This document shows positions 52,661-55,336 of a stretch of DNA of 55,336 nucleotides, in pieces. The stretch is taken from assembly GCA_003554525.1 (NCBI GenBank), contig PWGO01000004.1:1-55336 (forward strand), read 5' to 3'. Under the pieces are notes generated by a model. It saw only the letters and a list, made by a program, of their open reading frames with translations. It was not told where the DNA came from and ran no database searches. The position numbers and the translations under genes are program-made. Each line of letters begins with the position of its first letter. The stretch's first letter is position 1. This stretch comes from Syntrophomonadaceae bacterium (lineage in GTDB: Bacteria > Bacillota > Dethiobacteria > DTU022 > PWGO01).

Positions 52661-53689
52661 ATGAAAACACTAATTATGGGGCTGGAAACTTCTTGCGATG
52701 AAACAGCCGTAGCCGTGGTGGAGGACGGCTGCCGGATATTAAGCAACCTGGTTTCTTCTCAAACTGATCTTCATTCCAGGTATGGCGGGGTAGTTCCGGA
52801 AATAGCTTCAAGGAAGCACCTGGAGATGATAAACCCTTTAATTGACGAGGCACTAAAAGAGGCGGGTTTACATTACCAGCAACTTTCCGCTTTTGCGGTA
52901 TCCCATGGCCCCGGCCTTGTGGGAGCACTGCTGGTAGGCGTATCTACGGCGAAAGCTCTATCTTATGCCTGGGAAATTCCCCTGATACCTGTAAACCACT
53001 TGCGGGGGCATCTTTACGCCAATTACCTTACCGGGGCTACGGTTAAACATCCTTACGTTGGCCTGATAGCTTCCGGTGGGCATACTGACCTTCTTTATTC
53101 TTCGGAAGAAGGTGAAATAACCCTGCTGGGAGAAACAAGGGATGATGCCGCCGGTGAGGCTTTTGATAAAATAGCCAGAAGTCTGGGTCTGGGGTATCCC
53201 GGGGGCCCGGCAATTGATTCCCTGGCCCGGGAAGGAGACCCGGCCGCCGTTGAATTGCCCAGAGCTTCACTGGGTGAAGAAGGCAGGTTTGATTTCAGTT
53301 TCAGCGGTTTAAAAACCGCAGTATTAAACTATAAAAACCGGGTGGAACAAAAAGGAGAAGAGGTTAACCTGGAAAACCTTGCCGCCAGCTTTCAGCAGGC
53401 GGTAGTAGATATGCTGGTGGATAAAACTATTGATGCAGTTCTTCATAAAAAACCAGCTTCACTGCTTCTTTCCGGGGGTGTTGCTGCCAACAGCTTGTTG
53501 CGGCAACAGATGGAAGAAAGGCTATCACGTAAAGCTCCCGGGGTTTTCCTCTTGTGTCCCCCGGTGCACCTTTGTACTGACAATGCGGCCATGCTGGCTG
53601 CTGCAGCGCACTTTCAATACCGGGAAGGCGCCAAGGCTCCCCTGGACCTTAACGCGATACCCGATTTGGCCGTATCTCGAACCTCGTAA
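52661..53689 (+). CDS. tsaD: tRNA N6-adenosine threonylcarbamoyltransferase TsaD
   Basis: GLETSCDETAVAVV, VSHGPGLVGALLVG, NHLRGH and GGVAANS are classical Kae1/TsaD motifs. Confidence 0.95.
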   Translation: MKTLIMGLETSCDETAVAVVEDGCRILSNLVSSQTDLHSRYGGVVPEIASRKHLEMINPLIDEALKEAGLHYQQLSAFAVSHGPGLVGALLVGVSTAKALSYAWEIPLIPVNHLRGHLYANYLTGATVKHPYVGLIASGGHTDLLYSSEEGEITLLGETRDDAAGEAFDKIARSLGLGYPGGPAIDSLAREGDPAAVELPRASLGEEGRFDFSFSGLKTAVLNYKNRVEQKGEEVNLENLAASFQQAVVDMLVDKTIDAVLHKKPASLLLSGGVAANSLLRQQMEERLSRKAPGVFLLCPPVHLCTDNAAMLAAAAHFQYREGAKAPLDLNAIPDLAVSRTS

Positions 53690-53759
53690 TTAATATTTAC
53701 ATTCAATTTCCATGAATCAAGTTTCAATGAATTAATGAAAAACAAGAGGTGTATCTGGT

Positions 53760-55034
53760 TTGAATATGAAAATAAAAATGTTGGAAAACGGAGAGCCAGC
53801 TGCTGCTGTAATGGGGCATGTAGGAGCCGGGCATGTGAATAGCCACTCGGGCCTGGTGCAGGACGATTCTGCTGGATTTGCTGTTGCAGCTTACTTGTTA
53901 AGGGAAGCCATGCGGGTTAGCACTACTATTAAGGAAATTACTGCTTCTATCCATACGGCTACTGTAACCGTAGTAACTGAAGGGGGAGGGGAAGGGAGCG
54001 CGGAATCCGCAGCGGGTATCACTCCATACGAGATAGAATTATTGGAAAGAGCCAGGGGAGTAGATGCAATTTATTCCCAGCACGTTGCCACAAAGGTTTT
54101 AGGAAGGGTATACGGGCAGGGGGGTGGAGAAACTTCCGTTGCTTTAATTGCTGCAGCTTCACTTGCGGTAATTGACACATTATCACGGGACAGAAACTCG
54201 ATTTTAACCGGGAAAGAAGAAAACCCGAATAACTGTGGGGCTTTTGCCGGCGGGATAGTAGAACTGGAGGGAATACCGGTATCAGTAGTGGTATCGGTAA
54301 ACGCTACTCTGGGGGGGGTGGGCCCCAATGAAGACCTGGAAGGCAACGTGGCCCTGGGAGAAAAGGGGGAAATTATAAAAAAGTTAAAAGGGCCCCGGCT
54401 TCCTACTGTGGTCCTGGAAAGCAAGGCTTTTGATCCCGGTGTTTCCCCGGCGTTAGACAGCAGGCATATTTGGATACGCGCCAACCGGGAATGCGATAAC
54501 CAGGTAGTGGCCCGATCTCTGGCTGAAGCCGCGAAACAATTAAATTTTCCTTATATATTCAGTAACGAGGTAATGCCTCTTTCACGGGGACGCTTAAAAG
54601 AAAAAACCATTGACTTTGCAGACCGGGTAATAGAAACGGCTGAAAGCCTCAAAGAAGCCGAAAATTCATCACAGAAAGTGCAGGCGGTTTATCGCCTTTT
54701 AAAACTTGCCAGGGAAGAAGCAGGCGGTATAACTTTTATGACTGATGAGCTGTATGATACAGTGCGGGCCGTGGGATTAATACCGGGAACCTCTGCGGTT
54801 CTTTCCATGCTGGTGCCCCCGGATGAAAAAGAATACTGGAAAATTCCGCTTTTGACCGGGGAAGACTTGCAGAAGTACCTGGAAGTACTTGTACGGGGGC
54901 TTGAGATATTAAAAAAATACCGGGGGGAAGCCGCCAAAGAACTGGAACGCAAGTACGTTTTCCCCGAAGATCAGTTAAATAGGGTAGTTTACTACAGTAA
55001 GACCGGAACTACTACAGATAATACTGATAATTAA
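53760..55034 (+). CDS. hypothetical protein, no family recognised
   Basis: A long ORF of about 422-424 aa, starting at TTG 53760 or ATG 53766, with AAGAGGTG upstream. Composition is coding-like, Gly/Ala-rich at the N-terminus and charged and helical at the C-terminus. I see no diagnostic motif. Confidence 0.65.
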   Translation: MNMKIKMLENGEPAAAVMGHVGAGHVNSHSGLVQDDSAGFAVAAYLLREAMRVSTTIKEITASIHTATVTVVTEGGGEGSAESAAGITPYEIELLERARGVDAIYSQHVATKVLGRVYGQGGGETSVALIAAASLAVIDTLSRDRNSILTGKEENPNNCGAFAGGIVELEGIPVSVVVSVNATLGGVGPNEDLEGNVALGEKGEIIKKLKGPRLPTVVLESKAFDPGVSPALDSRHIWIRANRECDNQVVARSLAEAAKQLNFPYIFSNEVMPLSRGRLKEKTIDFADRVIETAESLKEAENSSQKVQAVYRLLKLAREEAGGITFMTDELYDTVRAVGLIPGTSAVLSMLVPPDEKEYWKIPLLTGEDLQKYLEVLVRGLEILKKYRGEAAKELERKYVFPEDQLNRVVYYSKTGTTTDNTDN

Positions 55035-55052
55035 TTGGGGGGAGCTTATTGG

Positions 55053-55254
55053 AAATTAGAGGTTGGAAAAGTAGCACCCTGGTAGTAGTACTCACAATGG
55101 AACCTCGAGTTTTTCCTCGGTGTCTCGACATCTTCCTCTTTTAATTCTAACTTCTCACCTCTAACTTCCAACTTCTAAGAAGGGGGGTATCTTGCCTCTT
55201 GCCTCTTACTTTTTGAAGGAAGTCTTTTCTTTTCTAACCACTAACCTCTAATAA
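55053..55254. repeat. non-coding stretch built from degenerate 7-nt repeats (CTAACTT family) in both orientations, rich in CCTCT motifs
   Basis: CTAACTT|CTCACCT|CTAACTT|CCAACTT|CTAAGAA at 55147-55181. CTAACCA|CTAACCT|CTAATAA at 55234-55254. Inverse-orientation copies AAATTAG|AGGTTGG|AAAAGTAG at 55053-55074. ATTAGAGGTT (55055-64) is perfectly complementary to AACCTCTAAT (55243-52). Confidence 0.7.
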
Positions 55255-55336
55255 GCACCAGGGGCGCCTCGGGTCTGTGTTATACCTTCGCTCGCTGCTT
55301 TGCGCATAAAATGTTCCGTGCTCGCGGCTTCAGGCC

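Noticed and set aside
55147-55254. Heptamer arrays considered as a CRISPR array or minisatellite
   Set aside because: The units are 7 nt, contiguous and degenerate, with no spacer/repeat alternation and no cas genes in the window. It is reported only as an unexplained repeat.
55251-55336. Two minus-strand frames are open to the right window edge (…GLKPRARNILCAKQRAKV* and …RKAASEGITQTRGAPGAY*), possibly the 3' end of a convergent gene
   Set aside because: Only 19-28 codons are visible, two frames are equally open, and there is no recognisable motif. This cannot be supported without sequence beyond the window.

Overview
The window reads as chromosomal DNA from an anaerobic Gram-positive bacterium. 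AGGAGG-type ribosome binding sites, tungsten-type aldehyde:ferredoxin oxidoreductases, AbfD and heavy sigma-54 use suggest a Peptococcaceae/Desulfotomaculum-like Firmicute, but the taxon is only an inference. All family calls rest on motifs I recognise in the supplied translations. No database search was run.

Positions ~170-41650 form a large accessory-looking metabolic island.
- I found five near-consensus sigma-54 (-24/-12) promoters by eye.
- The island has two sigma-54 enhancer-binding regulators, one with a PrpR-type N-terminal sensor, and the rpoN gene sits at its right border.
- It has three uptake systems: TRAP, MFS and a sodium:solute symporter.
- C-N hydrolases: two isochorismatase-type cysteine hydrolases and one atypical nitrilase-superfamily enzyme.
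- Two AOR-family enzymes.
- Organic-acid enzymes: three MmgE/PrpD proteins, a LeuCD-type aconitase-family hydratase, a PrpF/methylitaconate-isomerase-family protein and a two-subunit Fe-S hydro-lyase (fumarate/tartrate/mesaconate type).
- A soluble TfrAB-like flavoprotein plus an SdhB::CCG-fusion iron-sulfur protein.
- Two diverged three-gene units (SucC-like, ferredoxin-like, SucD-like). One is coupled to a CitE-type acyl-CoA lyase and the other to a short citrate-synthase-family (citryl-CoA-lyase-like) protein.
- A pair of uncharacterised Cys-tailed paralogs.

This gene set does not match any complete pathway I know. The methylcitrate cycle, itaconate or mesaconate catabolism, nicotinate fermentation and the rTCA cycle each fit only in part. 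I flag it as a candidate undescribed anaerobic route for a substituted di/tricarboxylate, possibly entering as an amide or nitrile.

Positions ~41.9-55 kb are mostly housekeeping: rpoN, abfD-like, csp, a DEAD-box helicase, tRNA-Thr(UGU) with a decayed integrase fragment beside it, an HD-GYP protein, a PRC-barrel protein, tsaE-tsaB-rimI-tsaD, an unknown 424-aa protein, and a repeat-rich non-coding tail at the right edge.

I saw no CRISPR array, no rRNA and no intact mobile element.
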